Of a stretch of 64,000 nucleotides of DNA, positions 24,439 through 36,136 are shown piece after piece. Each line of letters begins with the position of its first letter. Position 1 is the stretch's first letter. The stretch is from the NCBI GenBank assembly GCA_963785235.1, contig CAWAUM010000003.1:160001-224000 (forward strand), given 5' to 3'. Both the position numbers and the translations under genes were made by a program. The DNA is from an uncultured delta proteobacterium (lineage in GTDB: Bacteria; Desulfobacterota; Desulfomonilia; UBA1062). The notes under the pieces are model-generated. The model was not told where the DNA came from. It made no database searches and worked only from the letters and a program-made list of their open reading frames with translations.

Positions 24439-25554
24439 TCACGATTCATATCTCAACAACTCCCGATAGATACTCTGTGTCGTCTCCGTCATTTTATTTA
24501 GACTGAATCTCTCGCGAGCGACGTGTTTTCCCATTAAGCCCATGGTTCTTCTCAACGCATCGTCTCGCAGCAGCCTCAAGGTTTGTTGGGCCATGGCGTA
24601 TTCATCGTTTATTCCGACACAAAAACCGGTCTGCCCGTCATCCAGAACTTCAAGGGTTCCTCCGCAATTAGTAGCAACCACAGGTACCCCCGAAGCGAGC
24701 ATCTCAATAACAGTATTGGGAAGACCTTCCGTGTCAGACGTCAGCACGCCTACATCTGTTATTTGCAGTATTTCCTCGACATCGTTTCGGATATCTAAAA
24801 GGAATACATTGTTATTGAGCCCGGATTTTTTGATGGCAAACGCCAATTCTTCCTTCAAGGAACCTCCACCAATAATGAGAAAGGCTGTATTCGGCTCATG
24901 CTCAAGCACCATTGCCGCCATCCTCAAAAACATAACAGGGTTTTTCCATGGCTCTAATCGTGCAACCAGAGATACAATATGCTTGAATCCCTCAAGATTG
25001 AGGTCGCATTTCTTCTGCCTTGGGTCGATATGTTTGTTGAATCTCTTCAAATCGACACCGTTATGCACGACTTTTATTTTATGTGGAGCGAGCTTATGGA
25101 AGACTTGCCGACCGGCCTCGGAATTGGCAAGGACCACATTTGAGAATAAGAAAGAAGCCTTGAGAAGTACTCTTTCATATGATGAAGTAGGATACCTGCT
25201 GGCCCTTATGGCTGAGTTAGCAATTGGTATTCCGGCTATCCGGGCTGCTATGGAGCCATATATGCCTGCCATGGACATGTATGTGTGGAGTAAGGAAATG
25301 TGATGTTTTCGAATCAGATGTACCAGTTTAGCTACAACAAAAGGGTCCCATCGCCATTTTCGTAACGCGTAATAAATGGGGATGTTGCACTGTTCGACTT
25401 GGTCCATAAACCCGTCCGCCTGATCAAGGGATACAAGGCAAGGATCGAAATACTCCCGATCAATTCCTTTGAGGAGTTCTACCAATTGCCTTTCAGCGCC
25501 ACCGATCGAAAGTGCAGCAACTACAAACATTATGTTGGTTCTTGGAGTTGTCAT
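24439..25554 (-). CDS. GT4 glycosyltransferase
   Basis: GGAERQ, HNGVD, ARLEPWK, SDTEGLPNTVIEMLASG. Confidence 0.9.
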   Translation of the reverse strand: MTTPRTNIMFVVAALSIGGAERQLVELLKGIDREYFDPCLVSLDQADGFMDQVEQCNIPIYYALRKWRWDPFVVAKLVHLIRKHHISLLHTYMSMAGIYGSIAARIAGIPIANSAIRASRYPTSSYERVLLKASFLFSNVVLANSEAGRQVFHKLAPHKIKVVHNGVDLKRFNKHIDPRQKKCDLNLEGFKHIVSLVARLEPWKNPVMFLRMAAMVLEHEPNTAFLIIGGGSLKEELAFAIKKSGLNNNVFLLDIRNDVEEILQITDVGVLTSDTEGLPNTVIEMLASGVPVVATNCGGTLEVLDDGQTGFCVGINDEYAMAQQTLRLLRDDALRRTMGLMGKHVARERFSLNKMTETTQSIYRELLRYES

Positions 25555-25676
25555 GAATGATAGTATTTAAATTCAGTGCACATGTTGTAGTTCAAAAGCT
25601 TATATCGTAATTTGAGGCTGGACATAAACCGTGCGAGCTAAACTCCTCGTTTTTAAAGTCCGAATTAATTGGTTTA

Positions 25677-26312
25677 TCAGCAATTATCTGCATTAGTTTC
25701 TGTATAGTTTTTTATAATTATAGCTGGATTTCCACCCGCTACAACCATGGGGGGGATATCCTTATTTACAACACTGTTGACGGAGATCACGGAGCCTTTT
25801 CCAATCGTAACCCCCGGTAGCACTATTGAATTAGCTCCTATCCAGACATTGTCTTCAATTTTGACGGGTTTGCTTGTACCTCTGGTATTAATTCTATCTT
25901 CCACATTGGGAAATGATAGATCATGTCCGTTGCCATCGAAAATCTGGCAATTTGCCGCTATCAAGCAGTTACTACCAATAACGACTGATTCATATGCATG
26001 TATGCACGTGCCGACTATTCGCGTCTTATCTCCAATACGTATCTCCGCTCCCGGCCTATCTGCAAAAAGTTTCACAGGTGAATACAGATTAATATGATAT
26101 CCTTTATTTCTGGAATTGAGTGTCACACCATCTCCGATAGAGAGATTGCATCCTTTTCGGATATCGATCAGTGGCTTGCCAATAAGAATTATTTCCCCAT
26201 TTATCTCTATATTTTGTATTGATGAAATCCATAAAACCAAGAGTTTACTCCATATATACATAGGAATACTCAGAGGATCCGTTACTAGTGCATGAATTAT
26301 TTTTTTTAGCAT
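25677..26312 (-). CDS. Hexapeptide-repeat O-acyltransferase
   Basis: Likely ATG 26312; IEDNVWIGANSIVLPGVTIG, VAGGNPA. Confidence 0.85.
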   Translation of the reverse strand: MLKKIIHALVTDPLSIPMYIWSKLLVLWISSIQNIEINGEIILIGKPLIDIRKGCNLSIGDGVTLNSRNKGYHINLYSPVKLFADRPGAEIRIGDKTRIVGTCIHAYESVVIGSNCLIAANCQIFDGNGHDLSFPNVEDRINTRGTSKPVKIEDNVWIGANSIVLPGVTIGKGSVISVNSVVNKDIPPMVVAGGNPAIIIKNYTETNADNC

Positions 26313-26349
26313 AGAGCACTCATTTCTGCTGTGGCCACGAGCAGGTGGA

Positions 26350-27506
26350 TTACTTATTAAGGTTAGTGGTATTGAGCGATTCAAGGCATTGGGTCCGTAC
26401 TTTATCGGCATTTGCCCGCCAGGTGTAGTTCTCTTCCACTCTCTTCCTTGCGTTTGCGCCCAGGTGTTCTCTATAGGCCTTGTCATGGTACAACTTTAAC
26501 AGAGCCTCTTTAAGGGCTTTTGTATCCTCGGAATAGATCAGCAGGCCTGATTCACCATCCACGATCAGTTCTTTTATTTGCCCAAGTGGAGGAGCAATAA
26601 TAGGTTTTGCCATGGCCATGTATTCGAATATCTTGAGCGGGGAGCCATGAAATCCGCCGGTTTCTGCGAAGCTGTCCTTTCTGTGGGGTGCTAATGCGAC
26701 ATCCATCACCGCTATATAATCCCTGACACGTTCATGTGGAACAAAACCCGCGAATATCACACTTTTCTCCAGTCCTTTGCTCCTTACTATCTCCTCATAA
26801 CGGTTTCTATTCACGCCATCCCCCACGATAAGGAACATGATGTTAAGTGACTTGGATTTTACTGCTTCGGCCAAGCAAATGAGATTTTCAATTCCATGAT
26901 ATTCCCGGAAATTCCCGACAAAACCAGCTACAAAGTATTTCTCCAGGTTCAATGATTTCTTCATGTTGTCGGAGGAAGTATCAGTGCTAAATATTTCCAA
27001 GTCCACGCCATTCTCAATAACGGCAATCCTCTCTTTTGCCATCAAAGATCTGCTCACGAGATGATCCTTCAAAACACTTGATACCACGAAACAACGTTGC
27101 GCCCGCCTGAACAATAACCAATCAAGCATAGCAGAAAGTCCTTTCCATTTTGACGAGGCTTCTATGGACCTGGTGGCATTAACTTCCAGAACTACAGGAT
27201 AAAAGAGACAGGCAGAAGATTGCCAGACACATATTGTGCGTATAACGGAAAAGGAGAACGTCGGGGTGGGATAGCCACGCGAGCCGGGATAACCTTACCA
27301 AGTGCGAGATGTTCAAGCCTATCCATGTTACCTTCGCCATTAGCTTTTTAGTAACCGACCATTTTGATTTATCTTCTGCAAATGGCACAAGGGTGATGCC
27401 CCCATCAATGATTCCTCTCCAGGGCGGCAAAGGCTTTCATAAAACTATCGATATGCACTTTGTTGCCTTCCCCGGCATATGCTATGTAGCAGTACTGTAC
27501 TTTCAA
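26350..27506 (-). CDS. GT4 glycosyltransferase (several frameshifts in the N-terminal half)
   Basis: AGGAGG then TTG 27506; ENGVD, FVGNFREYHG, SPLKIFEYMAM. Confidence 0.8.
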
Positions 27507-28996
27507 CTAATCCTCCTGTTGGTGTTTTGTCTTCTTTGATATGTCCAGAACGACTGGAACTTCGCTTATGTCGATCTCTTATCCGTGCCAAGCCCAACAA
27601 TACCCAAAATACCTGGAATATATGCTGATTATTGAATTCTGTACCAAGAAATATGGATCATAATCACCAGGGCTCCACTAATACCACCCACACGAAGAAG
27701 GTCAAATATGCCATCTTCCATCCCGATTCTGATTCTGCCGAATGCAGACCAGATAATTGCCCCGATAATTGCCAGGAATAAAACAAGGCCGGGTGTGCCT
27801 GATTCCACCCAGATCTGGAGTTGGCCGCAGTGTATATAGTTCGGCATATCCAGTCCCGATAGGGCTTTTCGAACATACCTTCGATTATCACTCCAGCGGC
27901 TAAAGAAATCAGAGACCCCTGGTCCAATCCCGGTGATAGGGTAATTCTCTATCAATGGCAATGCCATAGCGAACTGATCAAGACGCCCCTGTGCAGAGGA
28001 GATCGCTTGCGGTTTTCAAAGCGATCCATAATCTTATCGGCGTAAAATATGGCTCCTCCAGACGCTACAAGACATCCGAACAAGCCTAACAACATTATAT
28101 TTGATAGCTTCAACATATGCGCGCGCCACATCATGAGCATTGCGCATAAGCTGCCCACCACAAAACTCAGCCATCCGGCTCTGGATAGAGAATATAAGGG
28201 CGATAATGCCCATCCCAAAACCCAGATATGATAACAGGGACCTACGGATTACAACAAAAGGAAGAAGAAAAACCAGAAGCATTGCCATATACCCAGCAAA
28301 TGCGTTTGTGGCACCTATAGTTCCTCCTATGCGCAGAGCGCCTTTAACAATGTACTCTGACATTTTAGCCGTATTGAAAGACTCACCCAAGATATCCAGC
28401 CCCAGTCCTCCACCATGCAGCAGTTGAGCAATTCCAATGGCAGTTTGTATTAGGATAACGGCTAAGATTGTTTTTTCAATTCGCCTTATAAAAGACACCA
28501 ACATCGTTATATTCAGAGCCAAGGCGTACAATACAAAGTACTTTATCTGCCATACGGCAAAGATGATGCTGCGATGCAGATGAGTGGAAAAATAGCTGAC
28601 TACTACTAACCAACCTATCCACATGATGAACAACCAGCCCATAGTATCAAGGCGAACCTTCAGCTGTCGTTCAAATGCAACCAAAATCAAGAGGCCGATG
28701 ATAAGATCACTAAGAAAGATCTGCAGTAACACGGGAGGATCTAGAGTAAAAGAATGTAACGACACGGAAAACTGAGAAAGAAAAACGACAGCAATTAACA
28801 GTGTCTCATACTTATTTCGAAAAAGAGTAAACGCAACAACTAACAGTACACACACGGTTGCAGCAACCTGACGCACTAATGATTCAGGCCAGATGGCGAA
28901 CAAAATATACAATACCACCGGGATAGCAAGTATCGTTACTGCCAACAACACCAGCGTTAACACGGGTGCATCGTGAGATCGTTTTGTTGAAATCAT
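27507..28996 (-). CDS. O-antigen ligase/Wzy-type polymerase (frameshifted)
   Basis: Multi-TM; RIGGTIGATNAFAGY, SLSRAGW, PITGIG, HCGQLQIWVESGTPG. Confidence 0.75.
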
Positions 28997-29015
28997 TCTA
29001 TATCACACATTATTA

Positions 29016-30477
29016 TTAAGCGTGATACGCTGACGCCTTTTTAAAAAAAGCAAGAAACTCGGCAATCAGCTTTCTGCTTAGAAAAGCTTGCAATCCAAGG
29101 TAGGTTACAGCTCCCAAGAGAATACATGAAGACATTCTGACATAGATATTCCAGCCAGTTCCTATATGGTTTAGGAGCACTATTACGAAGAACATGAGAA
29201 CGGTGGCTACTATCGTACCAATTTGCCACTTCATATAGGTAAGAACAGGCAGCCGAATAAGTTTGTGGGCGATAGTCAACAGGACAAGGTATCGTGCTGG
29301 ATAAAGAATTACCCATGACCACAATATCCCGTCTAATCCCATCCACTTTGCTGCCCAATAGAATGTGCCCGTAAATATTATGCAACTATATACGTTTACT
29401 TTGACATTCTCATAAGGATGCCCAATCGAGTTGAGTAGGCTTGGAACAAGGCCAGAAACAGTTCGAATAACAGTTACTATACATAGCATTGAAGAGGAAA
29501 CGTTGCCAGCTTCCAACTATTACCTAATAGTATCCTTACAACATCCGGCGCAATTGCTGCCAAACCGATACACATAGGGAAAGTAAAGAATGCGAAAAAT
29601 GCACTCGTCTTGATGAATATCATAATCAGTTGTTGAGATTGTTGATACTTTGAGAATAACGGGTATGCGACTCTATTCACAGTCATAGAAAGAAACTGAT
29701 ATATTCCCGTCGCGAATTGCAATGCTATTGTATAGATACCCAAGGTACGAGCGCCTAATAACCTTCCTATGATAAAGACATCAGCTTGATTAAAAAAATA
29801 CCAGAGAATACCGCTTGTAGTTGTATGCATACCGAAGGAAAGGAGTTGACGTATGCCTTGTTTGTCAAAATGAAATCGCGGATACCACTTTGCATACAAA
29901 GGAAGTGTTATTGCTAAAGCAAGTTTTTCGAATAATATCCATATACAAGACTCCATACGGCTGCCCTTGAATAGGCAAAAAATATCGGATATTCCTGATC
30001 GAATTATGCCAGCAATTAATTCCAATTTTACAATTAAATCAATTTGTATATTCCGGGACAAGATTCCTTTGCAAACGATTTGTGATGGCACACATAATAT
30101 AGCCAAGGCCATTATCGGAAGCAGGGCTTGCAGTCGTGGTTCATTGAATAGATGAGCGACAAAGGATGAAATATAATTGTGGCGAGTCCTACAAGTATAG
30201 CTCCTGTGAGCAAGAACCAGAAACAACTGGTCAGCAGTTTGTGGCTGATTTCTTTTATCTGAATAATTGCAGCCAAGAAACCACAGTCGATAAAAGTATC
30301 AATGAACCCTGTATATGTTAGAACCATAGCCATCAAACCAAAATCTTCCTTCACAAGCAACCGTGCAAGAACAATGGTTGTAAAGAGTGTAATGCCCTGA
30401 CTTAGTACTCTTGTGCCACCAGCCCATATAGTTGAGTTAATTAATTTTTTCTTTATGGTGCCTGCTGATTCGTTCAT
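29016..30477 (-). CDS. Wzx-type flippase (frameshifted)
   Basis: IVLARLL..DFGLMA, DVFIIGRLLG..LGIY, many TM segments over three frames. Confidence 0.82.
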
Positions 30478-30546
30478 TAGATCACTATATAAACCATCAG
30501 TTTATTTGGTATTATTTGACAAATCAAAGTGGTAGTGTGTTTTTGG

Positions 30547-31642
30547 TTACAACTTTTCAGAAAGAATTTTAACAATCCGTTTTGCCGAATGTCCATCCCA
30601 TAGTTTTGGACGACGACCCTTCTTGTTCTTTCCATTTAAGATCATTTTTGCTTCTTTTATTATTTTATCTGGTGAAATACCTACTACTATGTTCGTACCC
30701 TCAGACACGGTAATCGGGCGTTCGGTTGATTCCCGCAAGGTGAGGCATGGAACGCCTATGGCAGTAGTTTCCTCTTGAATACCCCCGCTATCAGTCAGAA
30801 CCAGCTTGGCATCCTTGAAAAGATTCAAAAAGTCCATATATGCAAGCGGAGTTGATAGAATGACATTTTCAGGGAGCCTTAAGTCATATTTAGTAAGCTC
30901 GCTTGTGTGCGGGGATGAACAGGGAAAAAAAGGGGTAGTTGCTTTGAGATTTCACTCATTGCATCAAGCAGGCCTTTTAATGTATCTAACTGATCGACAT
31001 TCGAAGGTCGGTGTAATGTTACCACGCCATAATTGGGGTGTTGATTCTTAAAACTGCTGGTGAAAGTTCATTCGGATTTTTATGATAGAGCTTTTCCAGC
31101 TGGTAATAGAGGTTATCGATCATTACATGACCTACGAAAAATATTTTGTCCTTCGGTTTTCCTTCGGCCCGCAAGTTCAATACACCACTTCTCTCTGTTA
31201 CAAAAAAATAATCGCTTATTGAATCAGTTACGATACGGTTGATCTCCTCAGGCATTAACATATCACCGCTTCTGAGCCCTGCTTCCACATGTGCTACTCG
31301 AATATGCATTTTTTTTGCAACGATGGAACAGGCTAAGGTTGAATTAACATCCCCTACCACCAAGATAAGATCGGGGTTCTCATTCAAACAGACTTTTTCG
31401 AACCGCAGCATTATTTTAGCAGTCTGTTCCGCATGACTACCGCCCCCGCATTCTAGATAGTAGTCTGGTTTCGGGATTTCCAGCTCTTCAAAAAACACAT
31501 CACTCATTTCCCGATCATAATGCTGGCCAGTGTGTATTATTTTATAGTTAAATACTTTTTGTAAATCAGAGATGGCTCTGATAATCGGTGCAATTTTCAT
31601 AAAATTCGGTCTTGCGCCCGCAATTAATAGAATATTTTTCAC
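30547..31642 (-). CDS. wecB: UDP-N-acetylglucosamine 2-epimerase, non-hydrolysing (frameshifted)
   Basis: GARPNFMKIAP, HTGQHYD, VGDVNST, HVEAGLRS, TDSGGIQEET, TERP. Confidence 0.92.
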
Positions 31643-31806
31643 TAATCTATCCCCTTAAGTTCATCACGGACATGGACACTTGCCGGTTGTTGACCACATT
31701 TCGGGAAAGTCCGATTGTCCTGAGAAGATAAAGAAAACTACAGGAGTAGGGTTGGCTCCATGGCTATTATGCTTACAGTTCATTTTCACCTGCCATGGCT
31801 GGGACT

Positions 31807-32881
31807 TCATTTGGAACCATTGCTGCTCCAGAAATTGTTGGTCATCGACCGCCACACATCAGCGATAAATCCTATTCCAGACACAACCAGCGCAAATCCG
31901 CTGAGTTCCTCATCCTTATGTAAGGCCAATCTTTTCAGCTCGAACACGTCAGAATGCCTATCATTCATTCCGCGAACACCAGTAAGTCCGCATGAATAGC
32001 CAATCTCTTTCAGCAACTTCTTCGTGTGATGATCAAAGTCACCGACCCCACCATTCGGATAAGAAAACAGCCTGCAACTTAATCCTGTCCGCTTTTCTAT
32101 AAGCTGCTTGGAGTGATACAATTCCTCTCTCGCTTCTCCTTGAATGCACCGCGTTACGATGACATGATTCATTGTATGGCTTCCGATTGACACGATTCCT
32201 TTGCTGTCAACCATTTCCATGACTTCGCCCCAAGTCAACGGGTAGTAGATTAGGATGCGTTTCGCTATCTGTAGTCAGCTTCTGCCCCAGTCTATTTTCT
32301 AAATCTCTAACTATGCCTTCTACCAAATCCTGGGGTTCCAATGCCTTTAGTCTCGCCTTGATCTCTTGTTCGCATAATATCTTCAATTTGGTGTTGCTAA
32401 GATCAAACGACAGTTGGTCGCCACCGATCCTTACCTTCAGCTCGCTAACTTTTGTCTCATTTATTGCATATTCAATTCTATCCATCCGCAGGAATTCCCT
32501 TTTCTCAACGAAGCTACCTGTGAGGAAGACCGTGGCAGGAATATTGTATTGTTTTAAAATAGGATAGGCGATCGAATAGTTCGATAAGTACCCATCATCA
32601 ATCGTAATCACCACAGAGTTATCGGGAAGTTCTTTGCCGTCATGATAGTAATCGACCAATCGATCTAATGAAATGACATTGTAGTGCTTACTCAAATATT
32701 CCATTTGCATTTTAAATGCTCTGTCATGAAGATGTTTGTCGTCATGATTCTCAATCCCCTCATAGGTCTTCTTATTAGTAAACCCATGATACATCAGAAT
32801 AACGACTTTCTTCCTGAACAGACACCGCATTAGTCTATGAACTTGAAGATAGTAGAGGCATCTAAATATGAGTTTCTTCAT
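31807..32881 (-). CDS. Polysaccharide deacetylase, CE4 (frameshift near 32230)
   Basis: LMYHG, ITIDDGY, IGSHTMNH, FSYPNG. Confidence 0.88.
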
Positions 32882-33816
32882 GTGTCGGCATCCCGTTCGG
32901 ACTTTGTGCTTACTTCCCTAGTTCTGGGTCCTTCCCAGACTGTTTAGATTTTCACGGAGAGTTATGATGGTACAACTACCAACCGAAACCAGAGACCTTT
33001 GCATATTCTCAATTGCATAATCTCCATTTTGAGCCAGATCGGTTATTGTAAGGTCATTACTCTTTCAACAGCCATAAATTCAAGTTAGATCAGCAGCTTG
33101 ATATCCCCAATTTTTCATCTTCCCTGTGGAAGGAACCATACTCCAGACAAACCTGTCCCTAGAATGCATGAACTGCAGGCGTCTTCAAGATCCAGCAAGA
33201 TATGATCTCTTGGTGTTGAGCGCTATCGCATGACAGAGCCAATCCCTACCCCATAGGGAGCGATTTCCATACATCATAAATAATATCATTTGGTTATATG
33301 TTTTTATCACAAAATATCAGTTCCAGGTCTACTTCTAAACACCATTAGATTGCGCAAAGCTCTCATCATATGATTTTACTCCAAATCTGTCAAAGAGATG
33401 AGAAATGGTTTCAAGGTCTCAAATTTATAGCTCCGCTATACCAGGTGCTAAAGTGTGCATACCTGGCTTAAACTAAGCTTTAATGCAATTGGAGTGATAA
33501 TAAGGAAAATCAGTCCCTTGCTTTATTTCATCTCTTCATCACAGAGTGCTGTTACTGTTTATAACTCAAATAGTAAATTCAATATATATCGTTTTATTCT
33601 TAGATCTCTAACTGGTTTTTGTTGATTCATGCACAGATCCTGTAAAAGCAACATGTGCGTCATGTATACTATGTATAAATTTAAAGCAATTCAAGTCAAT
33701 AGGCTGGGCACCATAAAATATCTATTGACCCCTTGACTTAATCCTTTTCGTTATTATTTTATTCTGATTCAAGCATCGTTGATATGGGACAAAGTTTTAT
33801 AACAAGGAGGTTCCAG

Positions 33817-34462
33817 ATGAAAAAATTTAATTACGGCTATTACGCTTATCGTTGTTATAGTTATCCAGTACGGCCTTTGCATCATTAAGTGAAGGCACAT
33901 GGACTTCATCCTCCGGGGCAATAAAGACCGGCTCCTGGGCACTAACAACTTATGGAAATCTACTGATACAGGGGTAATGGACTCACGTAGTTATCCTACA
34001 GGCCAGGGATTCTCCTGGGAATACCTAGGATCTGATGTCGACAATATCGTCATGGACAGACTTCACACAACTACCCGATAGTTCATTATATTACCGAGGG
34101 GTTATGGGTTTTTTTTCAGGTGGCGACTACCCCTTCAAATTCAACTTCACTGACGGCAATAATTACACTATTACAAATACCTCCGGATTATTCATCATAG
34201 TAATGAGTTATGATTCCAACTATAATTATATTCAAACAATCGAATCTTATTACATGTGTGAAGGGATTGTCGACCAGGATAATAATTACAGGATGACAAT
34301 TACTTCAGAACCAGATGTTCTTGGGATGTCAACCCGTTTATCGTTGGGACTATGGATAATATCAATTGGGATATCCATGAAGTGCCCATCCCTACATCCG
34401 TATTGATTCTAGCCTCCGGGCTGCTTGGCCTGATCGGGTTCAGGCGCAGAATCACTTCATAG
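33817..34462 (+). CDS. VPLPA-CTERM (PEP-CTERM family) surface protein, broken by several indels
   Basis: AAGGAGG then ATG 33817 with signal-peptide-like start; C-terminus from 34382 reads VPIPTSVLILASGLLGLIGFRRRITS-stop. Confidence 0.8.
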
Positions 34463-34724
34463 CCTATCGAGGCGGCAATCAATGCTGACAACTCGTGGGG
34501 CAGGGTGATACAGACCCTGCCCCATTATTCTATTCTGAGGAACATCTTTCCTTTTTCTCTTTCATTCATTGAGATCATTATTGATTCCAACAAGCACCAG
34601 GCATGCATTCTTTTCAGTTGCCCCAAACCAATATATGACGTATTTTCAGGAAGAGAAGATAAATCCATGGTTATAAGCGGTTATATTATTCAGACCTGTG
34701 AGGAATGTTCACTAGGCTACAGAT

Positions 34725-36008
34725 ATGTATGAAAAATATTTCGGGTTTACCATAAAGCCTTTCCTGACAATCCCAAACCCTGAGGTATTCTACCCGAGCC
34801 CGAAGCATGAAAAGGCCCTTACCTATCTTGAATATGGACTCATGGAAAAGACAGGGTTCATTCTCCTCACCGGAGAGATCGGATCAGGAAAGACAACACT
34901 CATCAAGCATCTCATCAATAAGATCGAATCACAGATTGATATTGCCGTTATATTCAATACAAATGTCACAGCCGAACAGCTCATCGGTTTGATACTGAAC
35001 GAGTTCGAACTGGCCCCGGGTAATGGCAGCAAGGCAGATGCCCTCAACAACCTTTACCTGTTCCTCATAGAAAAATATGCACATCACCGCCGCGTGCTGC
35101 TCGTCATTGATGAAGCCCAAAACCTCAGCCGTGACGCGCTGGAAGAAGTGAGGATGCTGTCGAACCTCCAGAGTGACGACCAGATGCTCTTACAGATCAT
35201 GCTCGTCGGCCAGCCCGAATTGAGGACAAAGATCAGAAAACCGAACCTTGCCCAGCTCAACCAGCGCATAACTGTCGCATACCACCTCCCTGCGCTGACC
35301 CGTGAAGAGACCGGGGCCTACATCGCATACCGGCTGGAAAAGGCCGGAGGTAAGCCTGATATCTTTTCCCGTGAAGCCATAGACCTGATTCATCAAACGA
35401 GCTGCGGCATACCCAGAACCGTCAACATCATCTGCGACACCGCCCTTGTATATGCATATGCAGACGATCTGAAAACAGTCGACGTGTCCATCATAGAACA
35501 GGTGATAGAAGACAGAGAGGGCGAGGGCCTGTCCTACCATACAACCGAAACACCTGAAGCAAAAGACACACCCCGTAATTCTGGAGCACGTCTGGAAAGG
35601 CTTGAAGCCCTTGAAGACAGCTTTCACAAGTTTCAATTGCATATGGCCACACGCATGGGTGATCTTGAGATGCTTTCTCAGAAATTCAGAGATGAGCTTA
35701 TCACCCAGCTTAAGGATCAGTACGAAAGGGAACGCGCAAAAAACGAGAGCCTGCTGGTTGAGCACGCCAAGTTCAAAGATAAGTATAATGAACTGCTGGA
35801 AAAACTGAAGATCAGAGAAAAACCCGATATCCATATATCAAGAAAAAAAGATAGTCTGGTTGACCCGGCGGGCACTCAAACAGCTTCATCTCCTGATACT
35901 CCGGCTGCAGAAAGTTTTGAACAGATCAGGGAAGGATTTCGAAAAGAACTGGATACTGCTCTAAAGGAAATCAGTGCCCCACTTACAACCGGCAAGAAAG
36001 GCAAATAA
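34725..36008 (+). CDS. ExeA-like AAA ATPase associated with PEP-CTERM/exosortase loci
   Basis: MYEKYFGF..KPF, TGEIGSGKTT, VIDEAQNL, LVGQPEL, GIPRTVN; coiled-coil C-terminus. Confidence 0.88.
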   Translation: MYEKYFGFTIKPFLTIPNPEVFYPSPKHEKALTYLEYGLMEKTGFILLTGEIGSGKTTLIKHLINKIESQIDIAVIFNTNVTAEQLIGLILNEFELAPGNGSKADALNNLYLFLIEKYAHHRRVLLVIDEAQNLSRDALEEVRMLSNLQSDDQMLLQIMLVGQPELRTKIRKPNLAQLNQRITVAYHLPALTREETGAYIAYRLEKAGGKPDIFSREAIDLIHQTSCGIPRTVNIICDTALVYAYADDLKTVDVSIIEQVIEDREGEGLSYHTTETPEAKDTPRNSGARLERLEALEDSFHKFQLHMATRMGDLEMLSQKFRDELITQLKDQYERERAKNESLLVEHAKFKDKYNELLEKLKIREKPDIHISRKKDSLVDPAGTQTASSPDTPAAESFEQIREGFRKELDTALKEISAPLTTGKKGK

Positions 36009-36136
36009 GCCTAAACAAGATAAGCCCGAAAACAGATTTCAAAAAACCCCTCAGCGTGATTCATAAGTCGTTCTTCGACCCGAAGGAGAGAGACCCCACT
36101 GAAAGAACGGGGCCATCCCCCTCTTGAACAGTTCGC

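Noticed and set aside
33638-33665. Sigma-54-like TGACGC-ACATG-TTGCT upstream of the EPS operon
   Set aside because: Lacks the invariant GG of the -24 box
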